DNA of 64,000 bases from assembly GCA_040771865.1 (NCBI GenBank), contig JAXGZF010000004.1, positions 186,001-250,000 on the forward strand. Direction: 5' to 3'. Source of the stretch: Desulfobacterales bacterium. GTDB taxonomy: Bacteria > Desulfobacterota > Desulfobacteria > Desulfobacterales > UBA2245. Position 1 is the stretch's first letter, and every line of letters starts with the position of its first letter. Positions 29,507 to 39,666 of this stretch are shown in pieces. The notes under the pieces were generated by a model. It saw only the letters and a program-made list of their open reading frames with translations. It made no database searches and was not told where the DNA came from. A program made the position numbers and the translations under genes.

Positions 29507-29915
29507 CGGATTGAAAATATTTTGAATCCCCACCGATCGTTTTGGGTTGGATTGTCCCAAAATCCTTTATTAGCAGAAAGTTTGCGGGGGATATAATTGA
29601 AAGACCACGTTGATTCAGATAGATACGAATTGTCAAGACATCACGAATACCAAATCGTGCTTCGGTTCAAACCTGAAAAGACGAATGATCCATTGCATGC
29701 GGGACGGGATACTAAAGACAGACCAATACAAGAACGTGATAACCAGAGAAGGGGCATGTTCAAGCGAGGCCGAGTGAGCGATTTTCTGCATGAGTAGTGG
29801 GTCTGATCGTTTCGCGCAAACAGGTGTTTCAGGATCTCGGAGGATCGTATGGCGTGTTTTTTAGCCAATACAACTCGAAAAAGCACCTCGCTTAAAATCA
29901 ATCGCGGATGTTGGA
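29507..29915 (+). repeat. Dispersed non-coding element X, copy B (extra 70 bp at 29765-29834)
   Basis: Colinear with 21505-21860. Confidence 0.85.
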
Positions 29916-30064
29916 AATCCACAAATCGCTTGCCTTGAAGCCGCGTAATGCGATAAGGAAAAACGATTCCGTAGCAGGCCGGATTGAAAAAAGCATTTGC
30001 GGCGGGATTCAGGCCGGTTTATTTTTTTGGTTCGGAACCGGCATCAAAGGAGTCGTTTGCGAAA

Positions 30065-30958
30065 ATGAGCGCTGATATTATAAAGGTATTGGAAGATATT
30101 CCGATTCAGCAACGAACGATTGCCAGACCGGCGGGATGTTCGGGAGTCGGCGTGCATTCGGGAAAACCGGTGAATCTTACCATCAGGCCTGCCCCGGCCA
30201 ATCACGGCATCAAATTCGTCCGTACCGATCTTCAGGATTCACCCAAGGTTCCGGCTCTTTTCAAATCTGTCGTGGATACCAGCCTGGCAACGGTGATCGG
30301 CTACGAAGGCTTTATTGTCTCGACCATTGAGCATCTGATGGCCGTGTTGAGCGCGTTCATGATCGACAATGTTATCGTTGAGATCGATGCTTATGAGATG
30401 CCCATCATGGACGGTAGCGCGGCGCCTTTTGTTGAGATGATCAAGTCCGCGGACGTACAGATGCTTCAAGCCCCCCGATGCTATTTCCGGGTCAAAGAGC
30501 CCATCGAACTTGAGGATGATGGAAAATCCGTGGGTATATATCCGTGCTCATCCTTCAAGGTGACCTGCACGGTCGAATATCCGCACCCTTTGATCGGCAG
30601 ACAGACCCTGACTCTGCAGGGCTCCTCCGGGGTATTCGAGCAGGAAATCGCCTCGGCCAGAACCTTCGGTTTTCTGAAGGAGGTTGAGTATCTGAAACGT
30701 TTTGGCCTGGCCCGGGGCGGATCCCTGGATAACGCCATTGTCGTGGGAGAAGAGGGAATTTTGAATCCGGGCGGCCTTCGGTATCCGGATGAGTTCGTCC
30801 GTCACAAGATTCTGGATTGTATCGGAGATTTTGCTCTGCTGGGAATTCCCATTCTGGGGCATATTGTCGCCAACAAGTCCGGCCATACCTTTCACCATGC
30901 CTTCCTCAACAAGTTTTTTTCAGAAAAAAAATCCTGGGAAACCTATATGGTATCCTGA
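30065..30958 (+). CDS. lpxC: UDP-3-O-acyl-N-acetylglucosamine deacetylase
   Basis: QQRTI, GVGVHSG, TIEHLM, PIMDGSA, ARTFGF and RHKILD motifs; start position approximate. Confidence 0.96.
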   Translation: MSADIIKVLEDIPIQQRTIARPAGCSGVGVHSGKPVNLTIRPAPANHGIKFVRTDLQDSPKVPALFKSVVDTSLATVIGYEGFIVSTIEHLMAVLSAFMIDNVIVEIDAYEMPIMDGSAAPFVEMIKSADVQMLQAPRCYFRVKEPIELEDDGKSVGIYPCSSFKVTCTVEYPHPLIGRQTLTLQGSSGVFEQEIASARTFGFLKEVEYLKRFGLARGGSLDNAIVVGEEGILNPGGLRYPDEFVRHKILDCIGDFALLGIPILGHIVANKSGHTFHHAFLNKFFSEKKSWETYMVS

Positions 30959-31170
30959 CTGGAGATTCAATAAGCGCTTTTGAATTTCGGACCGGTCGGA
31001 TCAGCGATTCCTTAGGTTTCGAAATGAAAACCGCTTGCCATTTAAATTCCGATTCGATATGGGTAGGTATTCCAAATATATACGGCCGGCAATTAATTTG
31101 TTAATACTTAAACAACAGAAGACTCGAAATTATCAACCGGCCATTGTGAGAAATGACTTTGTGTATTGTG

Positions 31171-31317
31171 GATGGCTTCGTATGAAGTCCAATTTCTGCG
31201 TTGCGCGGCATCCCCCCTCATTGCGGCGTACACCAAGTACGCCTCATTGGGATTTTCGACGCCTTGAACTTGAACTGTCTGCTTTGCCGTCACAATTTCG
31301 ACTTTTTCGAGACCATC
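31171..31317 (+). mobile_element. MITE-like palindromic repeat family B
   Basis: Terminal inverted repeats GATGGCTTCG / CGAGACCATC; internal GGCGTAC-ACCAA-GTACGCC hairpin; homolog at 13976-14112. Confidence 0.8.
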
Positions 31318-31341
31318 ATTGTTGTTTTGCATAGACTTTAG

Positions 31342-31899
31342 ATGATCCAGAAAATATTATCCATTCTGTTTTGTTTCCTGGCTCTGATGCACGATTCAGC
31401 TTCGGCCCAGACTGCGACGCTGACCGACATCATTGTGACCAACAACCGGGACGACCTGCTGCTTTATCTGAATGTCGAAGGCGCTTTTCAAGATGAGGTG
31501 AAGGCGGCGGTATTAAGCGGCGCATCCACTACTTTTTCCTTTATGGTCAATCTGAAGAAGGTTCGAAGTCTGTGGCTGGATAAAAACCTTAAAGACATCG
31601 AAGTAACCCATACGATCAAATACAATAACCTGAAAAAGGAGTTCGTCGTCAAACGTTCCTGGGAACCGAATCAGTCCCGGACGACGCAGTCCTTCGAGGA
31701 AGCCCAGCGGTGGATGAGTGAAATCGACAGCTTGAGGATTATTTCTCTGCATCGGCTCGAAAAAGGCAGAGAATATCAGTTGCGGGCCAAGGCCGAGCTT
31801 AAAAGGGTGACGCTTCCGTTTTATCTTCACTATGTTTTGTTTTTTGTATCTCTCTGGAATTTTGAAACGGATTGGTATGCCATCGATTTCACGTATTGA
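31342..31899 (+). CDS. DUF4390 domain exported protein
   Basis: Signal peptide, C-terminal WNFETDW, and position upstream of an ntrY-like kinase. Confidence 0.8.
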   Translation: MIQKILSILFCFLALMHDSASAQTATLTDIIVTNNRDDLLLYLNVEGAFQDEVKAAVLSGASTTFSFMVNLKKVRSLWLDKNLKDIEVTHTIKYNNLKKEFVVKRSWEPNQSRTTQSFEEAQRWMSEIDSLRIISLHRLEKGREYQLRAKAELKRVTLPFYLHYVLFFVSLWNFETDWYAIDFTY

Positions 31900-31928
31900 C
31901 TCAGGATACGTGGTGCGTTCTTTCGAAC

Positions 31929-34169
31929 ATGATGAAAAGCAACCGTTTCAGAAAATTTTCCACCCCCCTTTCAGAACAGGAACGCGGGCGCCGAAAGCGT
32001 GAACTGATCCTCATTCCCGTCATCATCGTGATTGTAGCGCTGCTCACCTATGCGGAAAGCCGCATCATCTATTTCGGGTCCGCTTTTCCGATCTCCAATA
32101 CCATTTTGATGTTCATCCTGATCAACATCAACCTGTTGCTGTTGCTGTTGCTTCTGTTTCTCGTTTTTCGAAATATGGTAAAGCTGTTTTACGAAAGAAA
32201 ACGAAAGGTTGCTGGTGCAAAACTCAGAACCCGACTGGTGGTGGCCTTTATCACGCTGACGCTTCTGCCGACTACCGTGCTTTTTTTCTTTGCGATCAAT
32301 TTTATTACGACCAGCATTGAGTTCTGGTTCAATGCGCCCGTGGAACAGGCCCTGGAAAATTCTCTTCGCGTGGGAAGACGAATTTACGACTATACGGAAA
32401 CCAACAGCCAGTTTTATATGGAGAGAATCGCCTACCAGATCAAGGTCCGGAATCTTCTGGATTCCGGACAGAGCAACGCGCTGGAACGTTACATTCAGGT
32501 CGTGCAGAGGTCATTTAACCTGGAGGCCGTGGAAATTTATTCCACCAACTCCAAACGGTTGGTTTTCTCCGGAAACGGGGGTATGGAGGCAATCAATCTG
32601 GCATCCCTGTCCTCGAATGATCTTCGCGCCGAATTTCACTCCAAACCGGTCCGGTCTGTTTCAATGTCCGTTGAACAGGGCGAGATGATTCGAACCATCG
32701 GAACCGTTCCTTTTGGATCGGGAGTTGCCGATGCGCAGGCCTTTATTGTTCTATCCGTTCTCATTCCAACAGATCTGTCCGAGGACATGGCCTCGATTTC
32801 CCGCGGATTTGAAGAATACCAGCAGATCAAACTGCTCAAGAAACCCATTCAGGCCACCTATTACATTACGCTCTCCATCGTTGCGCTGCTGGTGCTTTTT
32901 TGCGCTGCATGGTTCGGCTTTTATCTGGCCAAGACGATTTCCATTCCCATTATGGAACTGGCCGAAGGCACCCGAAAGGTGGCTGAAGGAGATCTGCGGT
33001 TTACCATCGGAGCGGTTGCCGATGATGAAATCGGAATTCTGGTGGATTCTTTCAACATGATGACGCGGGATCTTCGCATCGGTCGTGAACAGCTTGAGAT
33101 TTCCGCCCGAATGCTTGGGGAACAGAATATCGAGATCGAAGAAAAACGCCGGTACATGGAGATCGTTCTGAGAAATGTATCCGCCGGCGTCATCACACTC
33201 GATGCCGGCGGATTTATCGCCACGGTCAACAAGTCTGCTGAAAAAATGTTGAACCTGAATGCGGCCGAAGTTCTGGGTAAAAGTTATAAGCGGCTTTTAA
33301 AAGGGCCTTTTGTGGAACTGGCTAGGGAAATTATGGACAACCTTGCCGACTCGAGGGACGGAGCGGTTCAGCTACCATTGAAGCTGACCATTGAAGGCCA
33401 GTCCAGAAGCTTTTTGCTTCACGTTAACGCCCTGACCGATGATGCGGGCAGCCCTCTGGGGATCGTGATGGTATTCGATGATTTGACCGAGCTGGAAAAG
33501 GCTCAGCGAGTGGCTGCCTGGCGGGAGGTGGCACGCCGGATCGCTCATGAGGTGAAAAATCCTCTGACCCCGATATCGCTTTCGGCACAGCGGCTGAAGC
33601 GTAAATATTCGCATCGTCTAAACGAACCGGTTTTTGATGAGTGCACCCGGATGATTATAGATCATGTCGAGCTGATTCGAAACCTGGTCAATGAATTTTC
33701 GAACTTCGCCCGATTGCCGACAGCCAATCCTCTGCCAAGTGAATTGGCGCCGCTGATAGAGGAGACCGTGGCGCTATACAAGGATGGGCCCTGGAATATC
33801 CGGTTCGAAATTCGTGCGGGTCAGGACATGCCCAAGCTGAATCTGGATCGTCAGCTGATGAAACGGGCGCTTATCAATCTGGTGGACAATGCGGTGGCGG
33901 CGATCGGCACTGAAGGCAGCGTCGCTATTTCGGCGTCTTATGATTCCATTCTGAAGATCGTTCGCATCGAGGTTTCCGACACCGGACCGGGAATTTCCGA
34001 CGAGGATAAAACCCATTTGTTCGAGCCCTATTTTTCCACGAAAAAATCCGGCATGGGATTGGGTTTGTCCATTGTCAGCGGCATCATTTCTGATCATAAT
34101 GGACGGATCTATGTTCAGGACAATTCGCCACAGGGGGCCCGGTTTGTCATTGAACTGCCGGTTTCATGA
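31929..34169 (+). CDS. ntrY: NtrY-like sensor kinase (HAMP-PAS-HisKA-HATPase)
   Basis: AWREVARRIAHEVKNPLTPISLSAQRL signature; EPYFSTK and GMGLGL motifs. Start position uncertain. Confidence 0.88.
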   Translation: MMKSNRFRKFSTPLSEQERGRRKRELILIPVIIVIVALLTYAESRIIYFGSAFPISNTILMFILININLLLLLLLLFLVFRNMVKLFYERKRKVAGAKLRTRLVVAFITLTLLPTTVLFFFAINFITTSIEFWFNAPVEQALENSLRVGRRIYDYTETNSQFYMERIAYQIKVRNLLDSGQSNALERYIQVVQRSFNLEAVEIYSTNSKRLVFSGNGGMEAINLASLSSNDLRAEFHSKPVRSVSMSVEQGEMIRTIGTVPFGSGVADAQAFIVLSVLIPTDLSEDMASISRGFEEYQQIKLLKKPIQATYYITLSIVALLVLFCAAWFGFYLAKTISIPIMELAEGTRKVAEGDLRFTIGAVADDEIGILVDSFNMMTRDLRIGREQLEISARMLGEQNIEIEEKRRYMEIVLRNVSAGVITLDAGGFIATVNKSAEKMLNLNAAEVLGKSYKRLLKGPFVELAREIMDNLADSRDGAVQLPLKLTIEGQSRSFLLHVNALTDDAGSPLGIVMVFDDLTELEKAQRVAAWREVARRIAHEVKNPLTPISLSAQRLKRKYSHRLNEPVFDECTRMIIDHVELIRNLVNEFSNFARLPTANPLPSELAPLIEETVALYKDGPWNIRFEIRAGQDMPKLNLDRQLMKRALINLVDNAVAAIGTEGSVAISASYDSILKIVRIEVSDTGPGISDEDKTHLFEPYFSTKKSGMGLGLSIVSGIISDHNGRIYVQDNSPQGARFVIELPVS

Positions 34170-34288
34170 AAGCCGGTTTTCACCGATTCCGGAGACGCGT
34201 TAAAAGCGTTTTGCCCGAAAGGCTCTTGACATGATACCGGCAATTCTTCTACGTAGTTGTACTGAAAAACAGATAAAAGGTATTCGAG

Positions 34289-35650
34289 ATGTTTCCAACG
34301 ATATTGGTTGTTGACGACGAAGCGCCGATCCGCCAGATGCTCAGCGGCCTTCTGGCCGATGAAGGCTTTGAGGTGAAAACGGCTTCCAACGGATACGAAG
34401 CCCTGAAGTGCATTGAAGCCGAGTCCCCGGATCTGGTGCTGCTCGATATATGGATGCCGGGCATCGACGGAATTGAAACCCTCAAGGAAATCAAAAAGGA
34501 AAATTCCCATATTCAGGTCATCATCATCACCGGTCACGGCACGGTTGAGACTGCTGTGAAGGCCACCAAACTAGGGGCTTTTGATCTGATCGAAAAGCCT
34601 TTGTCCTTTGACAAGGTGTCCGTGGCGATCAACAATGCCCTGAATTTCAGAAGACTGGAAGAAGAAAACCGGTATCTTAGAAAAAAAACGCTGGAAAAGA
34701 ACTCGATTACCGGCATCAGCAGCCATATCGGAGACCTGAAGAAACAGATCGCCGTGGCCGCTCCGACCGATGCCTGGATTCTGATCACCGGTGAAAACGG
34801 AACCGGAAAAGAACTCGTGGCCCGGACGATTCACCAGCTCAGCGCCAGATCGGAGAAACCTTTGATGGATGTCAACTGCGCGGCCATTCCCGAGAACCTG
34901 ATTGAAAGCGAACTGTTCGGACACGAAAAAGGCGTTTTCCCCGGGGCAGGAAACAAGAAGATCGGGAAGTTTGAACTGGCGGGAAATGGAACCATTTTCC
35001 TGGATGAAATCGCGGATATGAGCCTGAAAACCCAGGCAAAAATTCTTCGGGTGCTTCAGGAGCAGAAGTTTCAGCGGGTGGGCGGGACCAGAACCCTGAA
35101 TATGAAAGCCCGGATCATTGCCGCCAGCAACAAAGACCTTGAGAAGGAGATCGAAAAGGGCGCTTTCAGGGAGGATCTCTATTACCGGCTCAATGTGATA
35201 CCCATCTGGGTGCCGCCTCTGCGGGATCGGCGGCAGGACATTCCGTTGCTGATTGAAACCTTTCTAGTAGAGTGCGAAAAACAGCATCGAAGACCCCGAA
35301 AGCGAATGACGGACGAGGCACTGGATCTGCTTTACGCTTATTCCTGGCCCGGAAATATTCGGGAACTCAAAAATCTGGTTGAACGGCTGGATATCATGTC
35401 TGCCCGGGAGGTCATCGATGTGGCGGATCTTCCTGCGCCGTACAACCCGCAGTCATTTTCCGGCAAGGGCGCCAGAAATGAGAAACTGTTTCTGATGGAC
35501 AATCTTAAGGATGCGCTCAAAGCTTTTGAACAGGAGTTTGTCCAGAGAAAACTTCTGGAAAACAGCAATGATATTGCCCAGGCAGCCCAGGCGATCGGTA
35601 TCTCCGCAGGTAAGCTTTCTGAGAAACTCAAGCGGTGGAACCAGCTTTAA
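34289..35650 (+). CDS. ntrX: NtrX-like response regulator (REC-AAA+-HTH)
   Basis: LLDIWMP, GENGTGKE, FLDEI, FREDLYYRLNV and WPGNIREL motifs. Confidence 0.88.
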   Translation: MFPTILVVDDEAPIRQMLSGLLADEGFEVKTASNGYEALKCIEAESPDLVLLDIWMPGIDGIETLKEIKKENSHIQVIIITGHGTVETAVKATKLGAFDLIEKPLSFDKVSVAINNALNFRRLEEENRYLRKKTLEKNSITGISSHIGDLKKQIAVAAPTDAWILITGENGTGKELVARTIHQLSARSEKPLMDVNCAAIPENLIESELFGHEKGVFPGAGNKKIGKFELAGNGTIFLDEIADMSLKTQAKILRVLQEQKFQRVGGTRTLNMKARIIAASNKDLEKEIEKGAFREDLYYRLNVIPIWVPPLRDRRQDIPLLIETFLVECEKQHRRPRKRMTDEALDLLYAYSWPGNIRELKNLVERLDIMSAREVIDVADLPAPYNPQSFSGKGARNEKLFLMDNLKDALKAFEQEFVQRKLLENSNDIAQAAQAIGISAGKLSEKLKRWNQL

Positions 35651-35662
35651 AGGCTTTCTGCA

Positions 35663-36247
35663 ATGGGTCTGAGAATCATTGGCGGTGTTTTAAGGAGCCG
35701 ACGTCTTGACTCGGTGCGGGGCATGAGCACAAGACCCTCATCGGATCGACTTCGAGAGGCAGTGTTCAATATTCTCGGTCCAAGAGTTGTGAATGCCTGT
35801 GTGCTGGACCTTTTTGCGGGAACCGGGGCGCTGGGCATTGAGGCGTTGAGCCGTGGTGCGGATCGATGCGTCTTTATCGACAAGGCGGTCGAGGCCTTGG
35901 TTGTCATTCGCAAGAATGTCAAGCGGTGCGCTCTGGAAGAAAGATCACGGGTGATTCGGTGGAATATCCTCAATAATTTGGACTGTATTCAATGCCACCA
36001 GCCCCCTTTTGATCTGGTCTTCATGGATCCGCCATACGGCAAAGATTTCATCGTTCCGGCGTTGATCCACCTTCAGCGCAGTGCAAGCGTCGTTGCGGAC
36101 GTTCAAATTGTTGTCGAACACGGTGCTTCGAACGGCATTCCATCGGTTGTGCCGGGGTTTAAAGTTACTGATCAGCGAAGGTATGGAAAGAGCGTTGTGT
36201 CGTTTCTGGCTTATTTTCAGCCCATGAAGGCGCCGACAGGAAAGTGA
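35663..36247 (+). CDS. rsmD: 16S rRNA m2G966 methyltransferase
   Basis: LRIIGG, TRPSSDRLRE, LDLFAGTG and FMDPPY motifs. Confidence 0.95.
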   Translation: MGLRIIGGVLRSRRLDSVRGMSTRPSSDRLREAVFNILGPRVVNACVLDLFAGTGALGIEALSRGADRCVFIDKAVEALVVIRKNVKRCALEERSRVIRWNILNNLDCIQCHQPPFDLVFMDPPYGKDFIVPALIHLQRSASVVADVQIVVEHGASNGIPSVVPGFKVTDQRRYGKSVVSFLAYFQPMKAPTGK

Positions 36248-36253
36248 GAGGCT

Positions 36254-36730
36254 ATGGCAAAAACCGCGGTCTATCCCGGATCCTTTGATCCGATCACCAA
36301 CGGGCACATCGACATCATCAGAAGAGGCATTAAACTCTTTGACAGAGTTATTGTAACTATTCTGAATAATCCCATAAAAAAAGGCCTGTTTACGCCTGAA
36401 GAACGCATCGACATGATCCGAGGCAGTACAAAGGATTGCCCGAATGTCGATGTGGACTATTTTGATGGATTGCTGGTCGATTATTGCGTCAAGATGAAAG
36501 CCGATGCCATCCTTCGCGGCATGCGCGCCCTTTCCGATTTTGAATTTGAATTTCAGATGGCCCTGATGAACCGCCGGCTCAATCGCAATATCGAAACGGT
36601 TTTTCTGATGACCAGCATGGACTGGATATTCACAAGCTCCACCATCATCAAGGAGGCTGCCAGATTCGGCGGCAACGTTGTCGATCTTGTGCCCCCGATG
36701 GTATGCCGGCGTCTTAAGGAAAAATTTTAA
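36254..36730 (+). CDS. coaD: Pantetheine-phosphate adenylyltransferase
   Basis: YPGSFDPITNGH and RGMRALSDFEFE motifs. Confidence 0.97.
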   Translation: MAKTAVYPGSFDPITNGHIDIIRRGIKLFDRVIVTILNNPIKKGLFTPEERIDMIRGSTKDCPNVDVDYFDGLLVDYCVKMKADAILRGMRALSDFEFEFQMALMNRRLNRNIETVFLMTSMDWIFTSSTIIKEAARFGGNVVDLVPPMVCRRLKEKF

Positions 36731-36746
36731 ATGGATGGGATACAGT

Positions 36747-37658
36747 ATGGATCTTTGGCAACTCTACATATTTACCAAGGTGGTGGAGCTGAAAAGCTTT
36801 TCCAAAGCCGGTGAGTCGGCTCATCTGAGTCAGCCTACAGTGAGCAGTCATATGAAGGACTTGGAGGATCATTTCGGGTGCCGGCTCATCGACCGGCTGT
36901 CCAAGGAGGCGATTCCCACCAAGGCGGGAGAATTGCTTTACCAGTATGCCCGTCGACTCGTGGCGCTTCGCGAAGAGGCCGAAACGGCCATGACGGATTT
37001 TCTGGGCAAAGTTCAGGGGCGTTTGACAATCGGCGGGAGTACCATTCCTGCCGTTTACATCCTGCCCAAACTGATCGGAGCTTTTACCAATGCCCGGCCT
37101 GGCGTGACACTTGCACTGGTTGTCAAAGACACCGGCCAAATTATCGAAGAAGTTCTGGCTGGTACGCTGGAGCTCGGAATTGTCGGAGCGTTGAGTTCGG
37201 ATAAAAAAATTTCACAGAAAAAGCTGATCGAAGACGAGATGTGCCTTGTGGTTCCCGCAGGGCATCCCTGGGCCTCGGTCCAAAGCGTCTCTATGGACAT
37301 GCTTTTTCAGGAACCTTTTATTGTTCGGGAAAGCGGCTCCGGTACTCTGAGGTCCTTTGAGCGCCATTTGATTGAAAACGGCTTTTGCATTGATGAACTC
37401 AGAATTGCAGCAGAGATGGGCAGCACGGAGGCCGTTATTCAGGGCATTAAAAATCATGTCGGGATTTCCATACTGTCGCGCATCGCCGTGGAAGAGGAGT
37501 TAAAATCCGGTGCTTTATGCGCCTTGCGCATTGACGGACTGGATGTTCGACAGGAATTTTACCTTACGACCAACGCGCAACGAACCCCTTCCCCGCTGGC
37601 TGGCGCATTTATCGAATTTGTTGAGGAGTCCGCCCGGAACAGGGGCATGTTCAGATAA
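36747..37658 (+). CDS. LysR family regulator (CysL-like)
   Basis: HTH SFSKAG..HLSQPTVS, GGSTIP and RESGSGT motifs. Confidence 0.92.
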   Translation: MDLWQLYIFTKVVELKSFSKAGESAHLSQPTVSSHMKDLEDHFGCRLIDRLSKEAIPTKAGELLYQYARRLVALREEAETAMTDFLGKVQGRLTIGGSTIPAVYILPKLIGAFTNARPGVTLALVVKDTGQIIEEVLAGTLELGIVGALSSDKKISQKKLIEDEMCLVVPAGHPWASVQSVSMDMLFQEPFIVRESGSGTLRSFERHLIENGFCIDELRIAAEMGSTEAVIQGIKNHVGISILSRIAVEEELKSGALCALRIDGLDVRQEFYLTTNAQRTPSPLAGAFIEFVEESARNRGMFR

Positions 37659-37669
37659 AAATGCACTAG

Positions 37670-37793
37670 CAGTGTGTTGAAAAAAAAGAATCAGGCCGTC
37701 AGGCAAGGCGCGCGGCGATCAAGCATATGTGAGCATTGGCGAGAGCCGTGCAACGCTGAATGGCGGCTTCGGACGCAGTTTTTCGACAGCCTG
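37670..37793 (-). mobile_element. MITE family A, copy 2 (inverted, ~19 bp internal deletion)
   Basis: Reverse complement matches 19548-19690; flanks are CTAG and ATAG. Confidence 0.88.
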
Positions 37794-37946
37794 ATAGATT
37801 GTTCCTTAACGATTCGGCTGGCGATGCGAATCGCAAGGGTGGTGTATTCTGAAGCGCCGGTGTGAGACTCGGGATGACACGTCTGTATTCCGGAATTGTC
37901 GGTCAGATGTTGCAACGGGCAGGTAGAATCTTTGACTCTAAGACGA

Positions 37947-38633
37947 TTATTCATCCTTCCAACCGTATTCCCCCACCAGTTTGACAAACCGGCACCCACC
38001 CAGAGAGGTTTTTTGAATTCCCTGTTCGGTCCGGTACAGTTTGACCAGTTCCTGAACATGGGCGTTGCCCACAGGAATCACCATACGCCCGCCGATGGTC
38101 AACTGTGATACAAGGGATTCGGGTATATCGGGAGCGCCGGCGGTTACAATGATTCCGTCAAAAGGGCTCTCTTCCTTCCATCCGGAAGTACCGTCCGAAT
38201 AGCGTGTAATGATATTGAAATAATTCAACTGATCAAAAATTTTCCGCGCTCGGACATAAAGGGAGCGAATCCGTTCGATGGTGTAAACCCGAAAGGCGAT
38301 TTGTGCCAGAATGGCGGCTTGATAGCCTGAACCGGTGCCGATCTCAAGCACGCGGTCGTCCTTGGTGAGTTCCAGGGCCTCGGTCATGGCGGCAACGATA
38401 TAAGGCTGCGAAATGGTTTGCTGTTCCCCGATGGGCAGAGGGAAATCTCCGTATGCCTGATCCATCAGGGCTTCGCTGACAAACAAATGCCGTGGAACCT
38501 TTCGCATGGCATCAAGGACTTTCGAATCTTTGATGCCGCGCGCCTGAATCTGAGATGCCGTCATCTCTTCACGCAGGCGTTGATATTTTATGAAATCTGC
38601 ATCCATTGAAATCGAATTCTTCAGGTTTTTCAT
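37947..38633 (-). CDS. pcm: Protein-L-isoaspartate O-methyltransferase
   Basis: [26 protein letters not shown] and [10 protein letters not shown] motifs. Start may be 38606. Confidence 0.96.
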   Translation of the reverse strand: MKNLKNSISMDADFIKYQRLREEMTASQIQARGIKDSKVLDAMRKVPRHLFVSEALMDQAYGDFPLPIGEQQTISQPYIVAAMTEALELTKDDRVLEIGTGSGYQAAILAQIAFRVYTIERIRSLYVRARKIFDQLNYFNIITRYSDGTSGWKEESPFDGIIVTAGAPDIPESLVSQLTIGGRMVIPVGNAHVQELVKLYRTEQGIQKTSLGGCRFVKLVGEYGWKDE

Positions 38634-38793
38634 GATGAAGGCGGGGGTTTCACCGCCCTACGAAGCATTCTCTTAAACGATATGCCTTTGTTTTTCAAGT
38701 CCGTTATCGTAATTATTCCGAAGCGGCAAAGTTAATCAACGCCTGGTGCAAAACGTGTCATGCGCGCAGGGGAGTTGAGCCGCGCACATGGTT

Positions 38794-39372
38794 TCAAATT
38801 TTGTAGATGATACGGGTATCCGTGATAATGATGTCCACGTGTTTGTCGTGCGAATCCATCGGGATATGGGGAACGATCTGTTCTTCCAGGGCAATAGATA
38901 CCTTTCGGGTTGTGGCTGGAAGCTTTGGAATCAAACGGTCGTAGAACCCGTCGCCCGCTCCGATTCTTCCGCCTTTTTCATCCAGAGCGAGGCTGGGAAT
39001 GATTGCGATATCCACCCGATCAATGGGAACCTGCTTGCATCTGCTTTCCACTGGTAGAAACATGCCGCTGGCCGTTTGCTTTGTATCTGCATTCAGATTG
39101 TCGATTTTATACATCTTCAATTCCGGGGCAAACAAAGGCAGCACGACGATCTTGTTCAGATCGAGGGTGTTTTGAACGATTTCCCTGGCATCAACAGGAT
39201 ATTGAGAGCTCAGATACAGCATGACAATCTTGGCTTCAAGAAAGTTTGCAAAATCAAAAAGACGTTCCTGCAGGACGCGGGCCTTTTTTCTGATCTCACT
39301 GGCTGGAAAACGACTCAGCGCCTCGTCCACTTTAAGACGGATGTCCGTTTTTTTTTCTTGAATTTCGTCCAT
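38794..39372 (-). CDS. 5-formyltetrahydrofolate cyclo-ligase
   Basis: D..GGRIGAGDGFYDR, HDKHVD and IITD motifs. ATG 39372 has a GGAG RBS. Confidence 0.9.
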   Translation of the reverse strand: MDEIQEKKTDIRLKVDEALSRFPASEIRKKARVLQERLFDFANFLEAKIVMLYLSSQYPVDAREIVQNTLDLNKIVVLPLFAPELKMYKIDNLNADTKQTASGMFLPVESRCKQVPIDRVDIAIIPSLALDEKGGRIGAGDGFYDRLIPKLPATTRKVSIALEEQIVPHIPMDSHDKHVDIIITDTRIIYKI

Positions 39373-39452
39373 ATATGCTCTCCAATAGAATGAATTAACG
39401 AGACAAATTTTAGTATACATATTAAGTCAATAAAGTCAACTCGCAATAATCA

Positions 39453-39481
39453 TTGACTATATGGGTTGCCTATGTTAATTT
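39453..39481 (+). promoter_or_regulatory. Candidate sigma-70 promoter for serS
   Basis: TTGACT-17 bp-TAATTT with an extended TG. Confidence 0.5.
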
Positions 39482-39524
39482 TTTCGACAGATTTTTGGCT
39501 CCGACATGCATGCCATCTCACACC

Positions 39525-39666
39525 GGGGCCTCTGATCTTGGACAGGACCAGAGCTGCCGTGGAGGCAACCGAGCTTTCTTTCGAAACATGCCCCCTTTTT
39601 AAGGGCGGAGCCAAGGGCGCAAGGCCTTCGAGTCTTGTTTTAACATATCTTCTGGCTCGCCGCCCT
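39525..39666 (+). other. Structured element upstream of serS (unknown class; strand uncertain)
   Basis: GGGGC/GCCCC-closed multi-hairpin domain plus a second long stem (AGGGCGGAGCCA / TGGCTCGCCGCCCT). Confidence 0.55.

Noticed and set aside
29597..29797. Small protein conserved between element X copies (LKDxVxSxRYELSR...)
   Set aside because: Most codon differences between the copies are non-synonymous and the frames diverge after about 30 codons; DNA similarity alone explains it.
39525..39595. tRNA-Sec or another true tRNA
   Set aside because: No D-arm, no proper T-arm stem, no UCA anticodon and no CCA end.
39601..39617. T-box antiterminator-like AAGGGCGGAGCC
   Set aside because: It lacks the UGGN bulge needed to pair with tRNA NCCA, and there is no recognisable Stem I.
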